In this document: positions 11,581 through 26,229 of the stretch, piece after piece | Layout: each line of letters opens with the position of its first letter | How positions within the stretch are numbered: the first letter of the stretch is position 1 | Assembly: GCF_022539665.2 (NCBI RefSeq) | Contig: NC_081331.1 | Coordinates: forward strand, 13,268,001-13,332,000 | Reading direction: 5' to 3' | From: Daphnia carinata | Lineage: Eukaryota | DNA: 64,000 nt | The notes under the pieces: generated by a model | The model's input: the letters and a program-made list of their open reading frames with translations, nothing else | What the model was told of the DNA's origin: nothing | Databases searched by the model: none | Position numbers and translations under genes: made by a program

Positions 11581-14439
11581 CGAATTGAGAGTCGAGACGA
11601 AAAGAAGCAGGCGAAAAGATCGAACAGCGGTGTCAGATGGAATTATTCAGCCTTACTTTTCACAAAACATTTTGCGATTCATTCTCAAATAATAAACTAT
11701 GTTTAAAAGATTCACAGATTTTCTATTGAAAAACTTTCATAGCCAATAAAAAACATAAATTGTATCTGAAATATTATTAGTTAAATTGATGGAATTGATT
11801 GTTTAGGCGATGCATCATTCTAATACAAAGGGCTAGATGCCGCTACGCGTTACTGCTTTAACTTACCTTCGCTGGATGGCGTCTGCGAAAGATTTGATTC
11901 AAAAAACAATTTCCTCACTTAGCTTTTCAGTATTCTGGTTCTTCCTTTTTTTCAGTTAAACGGAATGACTTGCAGGGTCGTATTCTTTCATTTCAAAGAA
12001 AGGCAATTGCCTAAAAGTTTATTGGACAACTGTAAAAAAAATAAAATAAAAAAATAAGGCTGTCAGCACCGTAATCTAAGAATAACAAGTACAAATCGTT
12101 CCCATCTTGTTTGGGCGTGTGTATTTATTAGTCTCTGCAATACAAAGAAGGATGTCTGGTCTGGTTAGGTGGCAATCAGAATGATGAAACTAGGAACAGT
12201 AGACACAACAAAGAAGCCACGAAAGGTCATCGCCTATATAAAAAAATTGGAAGGAAGCGCGCCGCTAACAACAAATGGAGGACCATCTGTTTTGTCTCGT
12301 ACCCATTACACCACTTCCACTTCATCACCTCTATAGGGGGAAACAACCAGCTAGCCACGACGTTGGCATGCTTTTTCTTTGATTACATTTCGCTTTGCTT
12401 TTTCTCTCTCGTCTTGTCTGTTTCCTTACCCACACATTTGCTGTGGCAAGGTAAACGTGGAACTTCTGGTTTCGGATGTGGCCGACCGCAACCGTATAGC
12501 AGCAAGCCGACGAACAAACCGACGGTTGTAATCATCTGTTGTAGTTGACTAGTTCGCGGTGACAGTCGTGCCAACAAAAGGTCAAATCTGAGCCTATCTA
12601 TTTCCAGCAGTTCTTTTATATCTGCTGCTTTGCCTCGAATAAGCATCAACGCTTTTACAAGAATCGCTTGCGCTTTTCACTCTGTTCGATTCCTCCTCCA
12701 TTGCAATAATAAAAGCGATTGACACAACAAGGCACAAAGCAAATCTGCACCGTAGTTTTCAATCACCACCCGCACTTCCCCATACACAATACGGGATGAT
12801 GATTTAAAAAATAAAATTCGAACCTTTATGCACGTATGAAAACCAGAATCGATTCATGAAGGGCTTTTTGTGTGCGCACTCAGATAAAGATCCCTTTTTT
12901 TCTTTTCTACTTTTGCATGCGTGACAATAAATCAGTAAGCCGCAGAACGAGGAGGGGACGAGATAGATGTTGTTGCTGATGTAACAGGGGGGAGGAGAAA
13001 TTGAAATTCAACGATTTCTGACCTTTGGCTTTTTATGCTCATGTTCCCAATGACCGGCCGATATGGGCCGTAGTTTGTTGGCTTGTGACTATCATTGCCG
13101 AATCATCAACGAGATTCGATCGATCAGTGCCCATTCTGGCCAGCCTGTCGGCGCAGCACTCGCCAGATTAAAAACATTTTATTTGCTCGAGTCATTCCGT
13201 ATTGGACGTCACATGTTTCCAGTGCACCATGTTGAATGATACTTATTTTTTTGGGGAGAGGAAAACAATAAAAGAAAAAAATATACAGTGTAAAGAATTG
13301 TTTCTTTCTCGCTAAAAAAAACGAGGAACTGTATAAAATTTCAGCGGAAGCGTTTATCTGTTAAGGCCTAAAGTAAGGTTTCCTATAATGACAATTAAAG
13401 TTGTTGTTGAGACAGTCAGTATACTTTACTTTATTTAGTTTCAAGACGGTTTACGAGTCAACTGAACGATTGTGGTCACTGGAAGAGGCGGCGGACCGCA
13501 GGCCAAGTTTATACGATAAAAATAGTTAGTTTGTTTTTTTATTATTTTCTTCCGTTTGGTAAATAGCATAACAATACGTTATGGCTTGGAGTACTATTTT
13601 CCGCGTTGAATGTTTATAATAAAATGTGTATTGACTTGTCGAGCTGGCACTTTGGCACCGCCAGAAACATCTTCCTTTGAGGAAGATTTGCATTTTTCTT
13701 GGGACAGATGTTCCTCCGCATTCTGCATCACCTAGGTCTGTGCTAATTTTTTTGACAAAAGCAGCTTATTATGTTTTAGAATTTTGATTACACGTAACTA
13801 GCATCATTAGGCACCGTAAGAATAACCTCCATCGCAAACGAATTATAAACAAACAAACAAAACTACTAATTATTACGGGCCTATTTATCGTCATTCAGGC
13901 AGAGGCACAGCTCTTGTCATCAGTGCATAATCTTGTAAAAGTAGAACAAGAAAACCGAGAGCCGGATGTCGGTAATATCAGAGCAAGTGAAAAGCCTGCA
14001 TCGATAGGGTCTATAGATTGAATTTTATACCAAAAAAATATTGTGCGTTGTATCCGTAACGGCCCTAGCATGAAAAAGGAATATACGAGCCAAGCGCTAA
14101 ATACACATGACCATAGGCTGCCGAGTGATAGGGCGTTGGAGCGAGATGAATCTATTTGTTTGGTGCTCCACACGTCGGAATATAGAGGCGATACAAACCG
14201 TTGAGCCAATGAAAAAACGAGTCAAACGGCCAACAAACAGCCGTGCCAACAAGAATAGCTCACGGTGGAAATATAGCCGTGAATCCATCATTTGCATATG
14301 TAGGCCTTATACGTCTATCGCGCGCTGGCGCATGCACGTCATGACATCACGATGAGGCCATAAGAATGGACGGGGGGGTCCGCCTCGCCCACAGCACGGT
14401 TTCAACATCAGCTGCATGCACCATCGAGTCAAATAAATG

Positions 14440-14461
14440 CAACAACAACAACAACAACAAA
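14440..14461. repeat. (CAA)n microsatellite
   Basis: About 7 CAA units, seen directly. Confidence 0.85.
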
Positions 14462-16699
14462 CCACACACGGCGATGAATCGGCCAGACAGCGAAGAAAAT
14501 AACGAAGCCAGCACGGACGCATCAGCGCAGTGAGGCAGGGGAGAGAGAGATGAATGTATTAACATATCCACGATACGCCTATTGTTGGCTGTGATTACAT
14601 ATTCTGGCGTTTGCGTGATCATCGCCCCCTTCGCATTATTTTCCATTTCGGAACCGAGGGGAGTCGCAGCAGCAGCAACAGCAAGCGAACTCACGTTGCA
14701 CGCATCTCTGCCTTTTCTTTTTTTTTTTTTTTTTTGAGCTTATTTTTTTTTACATATCCCTCCCCATCCACGTATATAGCAAACGCCAGGGCATGGGCGC
14801 CCTGTTGTTGCATTATGTATCCACTGAGAAAATGAAATAGATACATAGATGGCGTGTGAACATAGCTGATTGGTTCCTGGTCCCTAAATCTCTTGACTGC
14901 CACAAGTATTATACCCTCCGAGCTATCTGCATAATGCGTCAAGTCTTTCAAGAGCTTCATTTCAACAAGTAAACTTTAAAAAAGAAAAACAAGCCCTGCT
15001 CGACAAGACAATAGTTTTGTACGTATATCGGCCGTGTAATGTAACCCACGATGATCCACTTTGTGCGAGCCTAAAACGAAACAAGACGCACAGTTGATGT
15101 ATTTATATGAAACCCCGCCAGTTACTTACACTATTTGTAGCCAGAGTTTTAGCAATTTCGGGAAAGAAAAGCGAGCGTGTGCATTGTGAAAATTTGAAAA
15201 TGTTCCCTTATTTGTTTGTCCAACCAATTAACAGTAAATCAAAAAAGTAAAGTGAAAAGCATGTGAATGGCAAACCGCGAGCTCGAAATAGATTTTCGAA
15301 TAATAACCCACCTGGTTGCCTGCCGGTGCTTGTTTGTAATAATAACGCACACATCGTGTGTGCAATGGCGTGCGTTTTTTCTTCGCTACAGAGCGTCGCG
15401 ACGCCATATTACGTCCTATTTCCCGCTAAATGTTATCAATACAAATTTAGCCAGTATATCCGCTGGAACCTATTACGAGCTTAGATTGTCACGCATCTCA
15501 CGCACCACCTATTCTATTCTGAGCAAGCACTTTCACCAACGTGCAAAGTGGTTATGTTGATCCAATTTTCTCGGAAGGTATAAAGAAGATAACAAGCGCG
15601 ATCAAGTCTTTTTTTTCTCATTTGTTTTTGTTTTGTTTTTCTGATTTGATTTGTCTTGTTATTTTTTTTTTTTTTTGTATTCACTTCTCTCGATTGCCAG
15701 CTGCTGATTATAATTGAAACGCATGCGAGTCGGGCTGACAGCTCGTTTTTCCATCGACTTCGGAAAGGGCGCCCTCCCATCGGCCAAGTTTTTTTTTTTT
15801 TTTTTTTTCCTGCCGTCATCCCATTTTTAGAAACGAGATATATATACTAAATCGGTATGAAATTGGATGACCCAAGATGGCCCCAGCTGATTGGCTATTG
15901 GCCCGCGGGATTATTTCTTTTTTTTTCTTCCTATCACGCACGCCGTCAGACATTCCTTTTTCGAATTGTATTATACTGTAAGGAATGAACGTGCATCGGG
16001 ACGGCTTCGGCCAGAGAAGGTAAGGTATGTGCCTATACTCAGAACAAGTCTATGTATACAAATTTACGCGTCACGGAATACAAAAAAAAAAAAAAAAAAG
16101 AAAAAGAGAGAGAGAAGAAAAATTAATAAAACAAGATGAAAATGGGAAAAGAGGAGAGAAGAGTAAGATTGGCTGACGGCGATGGCTTATTAAGTCGTGA
16201 AGAATAATAAACTCATAAGTTTTACAACGTTGGCTAGTGTGCTATCTTTCTGTACGTATAGAATAAAGATACGAAAATGCAGCGTGCAGCTGCAAATCGC
16301 ACAATACAGACAAGGTGTTCCAAACTTGCTGCAGGCAGCCGGATGTGATAACAGACGAAAAAAAAAAAAAAACACAACACCAACATATCATTGTGTTTCA
16401 GCTCGAATTGTTGCACGAAGTAAATTGACACACGCAGTTGATCGCTAAAGGCAAAAAAGCCAGGTGATTTAATAATCAGGATTATGCTTATACACTGCGA
16501 TGGTAATTCAGTTTTCTATTACGTTTTAAAATGCGCCGAGTTAATTCATTTTCCCCCTACTCAATTTTTTATTCCGGAATTGACAGGCGACGGATAAGAC
16601 CCCTCCCAGTTTCTAAAGAGAAATTACGTACACAAACCATCGACGATTTTTCAGATTGGGTTACCTCGAAAACGAAAAAGGTGGAAGTACGTCCTACGC

Positions 16700-16721
16700 A
16701 CACACACACACACACACACAC
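16700..16721. repeat. (CA)n microsatellite
   Basis: About 11 CA units, seen directly. Confidence 0.85.
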
Positions 16722-19700
16722 GAAAAGCACAATCGGATGGGTTAATAGAAATAAATGAAGAATATTATTTTGGTAAATCTATCCGTGAGCTGACGCGTAT
16801 ATCAGCTCGTTCCTATTCGATCCACAAATGGGGACAGAAGGGAGGGACACACACACAAAAAAATGTCGGTCTGATACGGTTTGTCATTAGTTGGCACAGA
16901 CACGTCCCATTTGTAACTGTCGGTTTGATCAATAGTCGGAGCCGCCGACGCTGCCGCCGCCACCGCAATGTTGAAAATGTTTCGTTTTCTGTGTCACTCG
17001 CTGAACATGTTTTTTTTTTATTTTTCCTCGTGCCGCCATAACTACCCTCTACATGCGAACGAATATTTTGATAAAGAAAATAAAGAAAACCTTAGTGTGT
17101 ATACTCTGTAATTACACGCGCACATGAAACACTTGCGGTATTTCCTTGTTCCGTTTATCATTAAGGAAAACTTCGTTTTTTTTTTTTTTTCATATTTTGA
17201 CGCGATATAAAGAAATGATTTTTAGTAGAAGAAGAAGAAAAAAACGCATTAAAAAAACAATGCGTTGGGGTATATACGGACAAGATATGAAGACGCTGAA
17301 GTTGATTGAACTGTCGGGTTTCGTACACGAGAAGAACTTTTCTTCGAAGAGAAATGGCTCGAAGAAAAAGAGGGAAAACAAAAATCCGAGGGAGAGGGGG
17401 GTTCCGAGACTCTCAAACGAGCCGGAGCAGCCACACAAAGAAGACTTGTTTCCTTATATATATTCACTTAAAGGTGTTGTAAGGAGGAAGAAAAAAAAAT
17501 ATATATATAAAAATAAAAAAGATGGAGGAAGAAAAAAAACAAAAAAACAAGAAAAGTTTCAACATCTTTACAAAAATTCGAATAAGGCCGACCTCATTCA
17601 TTACATGCAGTAGAGCTGTCTAAACGCGGGCAAAAGAGCGGTCTCCCTTCATCTTTGCCTTGTTTCTTGCCTTTTTTTAACCTTCGGTTTTTTTAGTTTT
17701 TTTTCAAAATTGAGGTGGGCCCACCTACTGCTATGCGCAGTACATCCAAGGCTCTGGAACCCCCCTCTCTTTCACAGCAGACGGATACATTTTGAGATTT
17801 TTTTTAGTGAGCCGAGTTTGGAATATCTGGTTGGGGCCACCCACATTGTTGAGGCCCTTATTATTGTTTAGAAGAAAATAAGGAAAAGGCTGGAAACCCA
17901 GAGAGCCGAGATGTTGGATGATGATGAGGCGTGTTCCTTGTATCTGCCGACGAAACAATCGGGCCCGGACGATCGCTGAGACGCTCAAGCTATATTTTTT
18001 ATTCTTCGTTGGACGACGGCGATGATGATGATGGTGTCTCCTTCTCTTTTCTTGGATGTATCGAGTCACGGAACACCCTACGGGCCTTATTTCACGTCTG
18101 CCAGATGATCAGCCTCCGCGAGTCTATAATCCAACCGTCTTTTTTTTTCCTTTTCGAAGAATAATTTTTTTTTTTTTTTTAACAAGTTGATATTAACAAA
18201 TTTAGATTCTTGTCTGTGTAATCAAGGTTTAGCTTAAACAGTGTTTGATATCAGTATTACAGGTGAACAATTTTTGCCAGTCGTTCTTCTTCCTGGAATT
18301 TTTCGACCAAGCGTGTTGTTGTGTTGCTGATTAAAAAGTTCATCAAGTTCATGGCTCCCGTACATGCCAACTCAATTATCTGAAATAAGAATTGTTTAGA
18401 AAGAGATGATGATGATACATTTTTTCTTTGTTTGTGGAGATGGGGGGGTTCCGTTTTTTTTTTGTTTTTTTTTAAGGGGAAGGTAAAGATGGCCGTTGTG
18501 CGCTAGATGATTGGTCGAGAGCGCAACTATAGGCTTACGTGTAGCATAAATTAGTTACGGGTTGGGGGAGCCATCAGGGCGCTCTATTCTCTCTCTCTCC
18601 CAACCATCAGTCCCTAATGATGTTGTAGGGGGCAGCACGTAATTAGGGTGGGTCGGTTGTTTGCTACGAAAAAAAATATATATATATGTGGAAGGTATCG
18701 CAGCGGAGAGGGTGGAGGGAGAAGCGAAACAACAACACAGGGCCATGAAAGGTTAAAAAAAAAAAAAAATCCAAAATATACAGAATAAATAAATAAAAAA
18801 CATGAGACCTAAAAGGCCGAGGCTGAAAAAGAAAAAAAAAAAAGAACGCGGATGGAATAATAAAGTAGATTCATAAACCAATCATGAAAGAGCTGCCGTT
18901 GCTGTCCTGGAAAACATAGACAGAGAAAATGAGAGCCACTTATCTCTTTTCGTTTGTATAGTTTTTAAGTCTTGCCAGAAACGCAATCATCTATATAGGA
19001 TTCCAGAATAACTGGCTCGTTTATTTTATTTTATTTTTTTCGAGAATAAAAACGAACAGTCGGTCTTATGTTGTTTCTTTTTTCCATTCTGACATTACTA
19101 TTTATATCTCTGTCTTTCTTATATTTTTTTTTTTACCTTTCCTTTTTCGAGTGCTGTTGTCCGCCATCTATCTAATGATCTGAACGAATAGAGAGGACTG
19201 TTGTTCTCTCGATGCCGCGGCCGTGTTATCATCATCAGTGGCAGCAACAAGAAAATAACAGAAGAATAGATTTTCTTTTTCAAAAATGCCTAGAGACAAG
19301 AGTCTTTTGCCTTTTCTTGTCGGGCGCTGTATACTAAACGAAACAAAACAAAAATTTCGTTTTTTTTTTTTCTTTCATTTCTGTCTCAATACACAAATGG
19401 AAAATAATCTAACGTTTACATTAGCGTATAGCTTGGCCATTGAATTGTATATTCTTTCACGTATAGATATATAAAATACATAGTCCTAGGTAATATAAGA
19501 AACGAACAAAAGCTATTGCGCTGCACGGTCATTTATTCTATGCCACCTTATTGTACAGAAAGAAAACAAAAATAATAATCATTTCTATTAATCAAGTTGA
19601 TATTCACAGGGCTCTACGATTATAGTCGCACAGTTTCGAAACACTTAGACAGTGTGTCTGCAATAAAAAAACTCTTGGATGGGCCGATTCAAACCACAAG

Positions 19701-22700
19701 GTGCGTAATTTACCAAACAAAACGTCTTTCTAAAGAAAGTCCTGACTTTTTCCTGTTTTTATATTTCCCAGACAAAAGGGGGGGAGAAACAAAAAATCGT
19801 TCCAACCATTTCACTTGTTATTACAGCTATCGTTTCATTAAAAAAAAAAAAAAGAAAGAAAATGCAGTAATTAAAGTAAATACACTGCTTCCAACGCATT
19901 ACGTTCTCTCCTGCAAGGCATCACTTTATAAGAGACTTGCAAATTGGCTGGTCATCATGTCCCTTTTTTTTCTTTGATACCATTTACTGATTTTCCACCG
20001 TTCTCTCTATAACGCAATACAAAACATTGCGTAAGAAGTGAAGCTTATAACGTAAGATTGCGCAACCTGCAATCGAGTTTTCGAAATTGCGAACAGGACG
20101 TGAATGATAGACTTCAACTTGGCTTTTAAGTCAGATACGATCAGACATCATTCGAGCTGAGCAATTGAATACATTGTGCTCTGAAACAAGAAACATGTGT
20201 TTTATATATTTAGAGAATCTCATTTTTCAGGCGAGCAATCTAGGCCAATCTTACGTGTTTCTAAGAACGTATGTTTTATTTAGGTTTTCTTTTTTTAAAA
20301 CTCAATTGTTGGGTAATTGCATTCGCAGCCAAAGCACACAGTGAAAAAAAACAATGGGAGACAATGAATGCATTTTCTAAAGGGAAAAGTAAAATGTCCG
20401 CCAATTGTTGATGATGGAACGTCATGGCGACTATGTCTATGGGCGAAATAAGAAGACACACAAGCCACGGCTATAGGAGAGTTTGAAATTGTTGAATGTT
20501 TTATTCCAACGGTGGAGTGAAAGCCAAAAGCCAAAAGACGCTGACAGCCAGCATGCGCGTTGTCCGATATAATGTATGCAAGCATTTGCCTATCAACTAT
20601 TTTGTGATAAAATTGATACATAAATACTGCGCAACCGCCCACTGTTCAGCAAATATTCAACGAGTATTTATTCACTGGAGAATTGAGGTCGGAGAAGTCT
20701 ATCTTATTCATTTCACCTGAAGAAACCATTAAAAAACACAAGAGTCGAAAAGAAGAAAGGTTCAGCTGCACCCATAAAAAGGCATCAGTGGGGAGTGCGG
20801 CGCGGTTGTTGTTGGATGATGATGAGTTCCTCGAGCCGGAGAACTCATTAGCATACAACACACCGTCAGCGATATTCGAAGAAGATATTTTCCGGCCCCA
20901 TCTTCTTCTTCTTCAATTTTTTTTCTTTTTGTTTGGCTCTCTCTCTCTGTTTTCTATTCTCTGTTTTTTTCTAAAAAAGAAAAAACATTTAACATGAATA
21001 GATAGGAAGACAAAAAGAGACCCTCTGAGATGATAGAGCCGAGTCGTGATGTTCTGACGTGATCATTACATACTATAGATGGATTGGCTCGTCTGGTTGC
21101 TAAAGTTTCGACGATGGCAAGAGTCGAAAGGCAAAGGAGGAGTCTCAAAACCGAGAATAGATAATATGCCAACCGTTAAGGGCGAGACAAGCAGGGGGGG
21201 GGGGGGGGGGTTCCGAAAATGTTGACGTTGGCTATACACACGCTGTTGTCTTTTCTCTTCGGACTTGTTTCCAATGTGCTTATAAAGATAACGAACTATT
21301 ACATTCCTTTTGGAAAAAGGAAAAAATTGCAGTAAATATACACATTCGTTCTCTTTTCTCTATCCATTCGGTTGATGTAACATCGACCAATCCAACGTTT
21401 ACACATACGCCGACGTGTAATATATGCCGAATACTTTAACGGGCACGAGTCGCCCTTTCTCCGCATTCAGATGAACGTCATGATAGAAACTGTAGAAGTT
21501 ATTAGCCAATCAAATCAACGATTGAATGTTTTTTTTTTTTGCTGCGCATATACAAAAAGGCAGCGTGCGTCACATTTGAATTCAACCATTGTCGCGTATA
21601 AACTCAAAAGAAAAGTTTCAATTTTAGCTTTAAAAACATTTTCTTATTAGAATTTCTTTTTAGGCCTGCAGCAACCAATTACCTGGGAACGGCCTAGTGA
21701 AAAATAACGAGACTGGGCCGCTTCCCAGTGGTCCTGAGTGTAAGCCCAATTACGTTATATACGTACAGTTGTCAATACGCCATCCTTTTTTTTCCTCCAT
21801 AAACTAGACTTTCCAACGACTCGGGTTCTTTTTTTTTTTTTCCCCTCAATTCTCCCAACATGCATAGGCTGTAATAGGTAGGACACACTGAGGGGGGTGC
21901 CTAACAACAGCGTGGAATGGTGGTTAAAGAAACGAATGACTGAGGAAGATACAGTGCCGTATATATCAAGCTATACGTTACAACTGTTACGTTCAAACGA
22001 CGTGCATGCACGCAACGGCCAGGCACTTCATCGAGACATCGACCAAAGAGAGCCAACGACACATGGACGATGGCAACTCACCTGGTGGCAATTCACGAGG
22101 CACCCCCAACCTGAGAGTATAAAGAAAAAGGGGGAGGAAAAACAAAATAAATGAAACGAGGACGAAGAGAGGGACCTGACGATGGAACTTCATGAACAAT
22201 TTAACAAGGGCCCTTTTTACTTGGGCGCTCTTCCCTCAAGGCATTGGCCCTTCAAGGTGGGGGGTTCCTTAGTTGCATACGTAGGCCCCAATGAGAAAAT
22301 GGTATCGTTCAATGCTGTCGTTCACAGCATGCATTTCATCGCTTGATGCATAGTTTTCACAGAAGAATGCGCAGTGTGTTAAGAAAAATCGAGAAGAACA
22401 AATGAAAAGAAAGCTAGAAATGATGGTAATGCGAGAGAGGTGACTCTAAATGAATTAAAAGGACTGGTTTCTCTTCTCCCTTTCATTCGTCCTAGTCGAC
22501 GTAGATGAGCTGTATCATGTGAAACAATTGCCGTTTGTCAACAGCAACGTACAAGAGCTCGCCTTTGTGTTGTATGGAAAAAGGGAACTTGGGCGGTCTA
22601 CCGATGGTGTTTCGATAAAACAACCATGTGATAATGGCCTGTTCTTACAGTGGGGGGAAACTATAGGACAGGTGATAACAAAAGGCTCTGTTTATTTCTT

Positions 22701-25535
22701 CTTTAAAAATGTCACTTGGTCAAACAGTTGCGGGACGGTCAATGTCGTTCTGCTATGTGCCTATAAATTTAACGTCGTCCTCGTGTCTTAGACTATACTA
22801 CCATTGGTGGTTTAATAATACAAATACTATATGAGAAGAAGAACATTTTCGATGGTAGAATTTCTTGTTTCCCAATATCCTCGAACGTTTTTATTTGATG
22901 GGGGAAGTACGGCCTATTGAATTCAATGTTTCTGTGTCAGGCTCGAGAGAAATAAACTTTCGAAACGGACGATGAGTTGGTTAAAATTCTGAAAACAGCA
23001 TGGCATATCTATAAGCGCTTTATTCCGCTATTTCTAGTAGGGATAGATTTAAAAGGACGCCATACAATTGCAAGCACAAACTGTTTTACAACCCCCAAAC
23101 TTTTTGCAATGAAAACGAGCATAACTGGCCAAAGTCATTATAAATATGAAAGCAGAAGAGTTGAGGTGGAGCCGTCAACTATCGATCAGCGGAATGATTC
23201 GAAAGGGGCGCCCATTAACAACAAACCGCATGCACGGAAAGGCAAATCGGGGTCTTGACATGTCAAAGGTCATCATCAATTGGACAGCACTCGTCGCTTC
23301 GTTTATATTCATCACCGCTGTGTGTGTCATCCCTTCAAAGGTATGCGCATACAAACTATAGGCATTTACCTTATATGGCTACGGTCAAACACACTCATGA
23401 GCCCTGTACAGTTTTTACCTTCCTTTTCTTTTCTTTTTTTTTTGAGGTTTCCTATATACATCCAACTGCAAATAGCTATGAAGTGCGCAGAGGGATTATA
23501 ATTAGTATCAGAAGGCTCAGCAGTGGCCGCCAGTCAAAATGTTGATGGTTTCCCTTTTTTCCCCCTTTTCCATCATCTTTCTTTGTGACCTGATGTTTTG
23601 GGATCCTTATCCTGTTGGCCTATACAGACCTACACTGTTTATGTATGTGCATAGACGCATTCCGTATATGTACACATAAAAACAATAATTAGTTCAGCTT
23701 TTTTTTCGGTTCACTGCCAGTCTCACATCTATTTGTCGGATATCGAAATAGAAGAGCCGATAAGACACGGTGGGTTTGTGTGGGCGGGGTCCTGTCGATA
23801 TTGGTGTGCATTTTGAGAGTTCGCCCTTTTTTTTTTTTTTTTTTTCTCTATACCAGGTGGATCCCCCTGAAAACAGCAACACACCGATACGACACGCTGT
23901 TGAATGTGACGGGTATTTTGTACACATATACACAGACAGTGTCACACAGTGACATGCTTTAAGAAAGAAAATTCAAAACATGGGATATAGGCTATATTGG
24001 CATTTCTTTCACAGTTAAATAGGATTTGGTTCTACGTGGCGGTCAGGCCGCATCGATCTGAAGACAGTTTTCCCAGTGTGTTTTTTTTTTTTTTTTTTCG
24101 TAGTTTAGTTCGGACAGTTTGGGTGGGCCATTGTACAAGTATAACTGGTGCAACCATATAGGCTGTATAATGTGATGGGGTCCACCCCGCAGTCAAAGGC
24201 TTTTCAACATGTGAGCGCGGGGCGGCATGTTGTGTCATTTTGCCTATACACAGATCGGCCCCCTTCGGAATAGGGCCCTTCTTTGAATTTTTTCTTCAAA
24301 GTTTTTAGTGGCTCTTGTGGTGCCCGCTCGATGGATTTATGATGATGGTGGTGCAGCGGTATACCATCCCGAAAAAGAGCAACACACAAAAACGAAATAT
24401 ATTTTTACGAACGAGTCAGTGGGGAAACAGATAAAAATAGAGAAAAGAGGAAGTCTTTTTTTCTTGTACAAGCTGCTGCTGTTGTTGTTGAAAAAAAAAA
24501 AGAACCTCAATAGAGCATTTGCTGCTGTTGGTGACAGTCAGGACGGAGGTCCAAAACCATATAAAAAGAAAGCGGTGCCGAAGTATTATGATCATTTGTT
24601 ATATTGAAAAAAAAAAAAAAAATAAGTCTGTTTTTGTTGTGTACGCCCCAAACAAACTAGAGTGACAATAGTGACACACATATACAAGCGGGGTCCTGTG
24701 TCAATTCAGCCGTTTGAACCGCTACCGCCGCTTCCTTTTTTTTTCACTTGAACACCTTTTATTTGTATTTTTTCAAGGCCTATGGGATATTCGTATGATA
24801 AGGCTATATAGATCTCTATTGATACGCGACTTTGCACTGGCTATACATAACAGCGGCTTTGGGGCCCCGTCAGCGCATCTCTACCGACTTGACCACACAA
24901 ACATGTTCCGATGCTGTTATAAACCGGTAATACCCCCAGCTGAAATCAAAAGAAGAAGAGAAAAATAAAAGAAGTCAGAGTTTTTTTTTTTTTTACTTTA
25001 TTTCTATAGATGCCTTTAGAAGGCCAGTATAATATTTACATCGTTACTATAAGAAAGAAGAAGAAGAAGAATCTGTGCGATATATCACTGACGTGTATAT
25101 AGCCGTGACCCCGTCGGTATCCTTTGACTTTTGGGCTTGTCTATACACACATACAAAAAGTAACGCAGCAAAAAGGCCATCACACACAACTGAAACGTCT
25201 AGAACAGCATATATATATATATATATATAGCGCATTGTAGACAACTTCCGTCTGGAAGCATTCAAAACATTCATTCAACAAAAAAAAAAAAAAAAAATGA
25301 ATTGCGATAGGTTAAAATGCGAAAGAAGTTCCTGGGTGGCGTGTTCTTAGTGATTTGTCTGATGTGTACAATTTTTTTTTTTGGACGTGTTAACTAATTG
25401 ACTCTCGTTGATCTCTTGCCACGGGTGTTTTTGTTTCATAATTTAGGGCTTGCAAAAGTTCTCTGTGCAGACACAGAGAAGAAGAAAAAAAAAAACAACT
25501 GACAGTTCAGAGAGTCACGGAATAACTCGTTACGG

Positions 25536-25544
25536 GACCACCCA
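25536..25544 (+). promoter_or_regulatory. Perfect Ci/Gli consensus site GACCACCCA
   Basis: Exact 9/9 match; one of five in the en/inv locus. Confidence 0.5.
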
Positions 25545-25782
25545 TGATGCCATCATAAACATCGTTGGCTGGCAGCGTAGATTCAATTTTCGTATGACTT
25601 GATTTTCCATCGCCCCGACCCGAGTGAAATGGAAACGAATTTGCATCACTAGAAGCTTTTTGGGAGAAAGATATAAAGACAACATATAGAAACGAAAGTC
25701 TCGTTCATACTTTCGTCGAGACTAATTGACTTGTAGTTGGAATTTTCAGCGATGTAAAATAACAAAAGAGAATATATATACG

Positions 25783-25787
<5 letters not shown>

Positions 25788-25816
<29 letters not shown>
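25788..25816. repeat. (TA)n microsatellite
   Basis: About 14 TA units, seen directly. Confidence 0.85.
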
Positions 25817-25820
<4 letters not shown>

Positions 25821-26220
25821 CTTTTCTTTTTATGATTTTATTTTTATTTTTTTTTTTTCATTTTCGGGTTCTCCGCTTCTTTGAATGTTGTGCCATTAAA
25901 AGAGCTCTGGGTGCTGTCGGCCCGAAGAAGAAGAAGAAGAAGAAAAAAAAAAAATAATAGGAGTGGCTGAGAATAAGAAGGCGAAGAAGGATAAGAGGGG
26001 AAAGGTGAAGGGAGACGAGGAAGAAAAAAAGATAGAGCCGTAGGTGCTTGGGCGCTTTTCTCTTCTTCATGCTTCTTCTTCTTCTTCTTGAAACTCCCTC
26101 TAAAAATAAAAATAAAATTTATAAAAAAAAATATGTAAAAAAAAAAAAAAAAAAAAAAAAGAAATAGAAGAAGTTCATGCGGTTGTGAATAACGCATTTC
26201 ACTCAGCTGGGGCCTCAGCT

Positions 26221-26229
26221 TGGGTGGTC
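26221..26229 (-). promoter_or_regulatory. Perfect Ci/Gli consensus site (TGGGTGGTC on +)
   Basis: Exact 9/9 match, flanked by three CTCAGCT(G/T)G motifs. Confidence 0.5.

Noticed and set aside
16786..16808. Small hairpin GAGCTGA-N8-TCAGCTC as a miRNA or terminator
   Set aside because: A 7-bp stem is too short for a pre-miRNA and is expected by chance.
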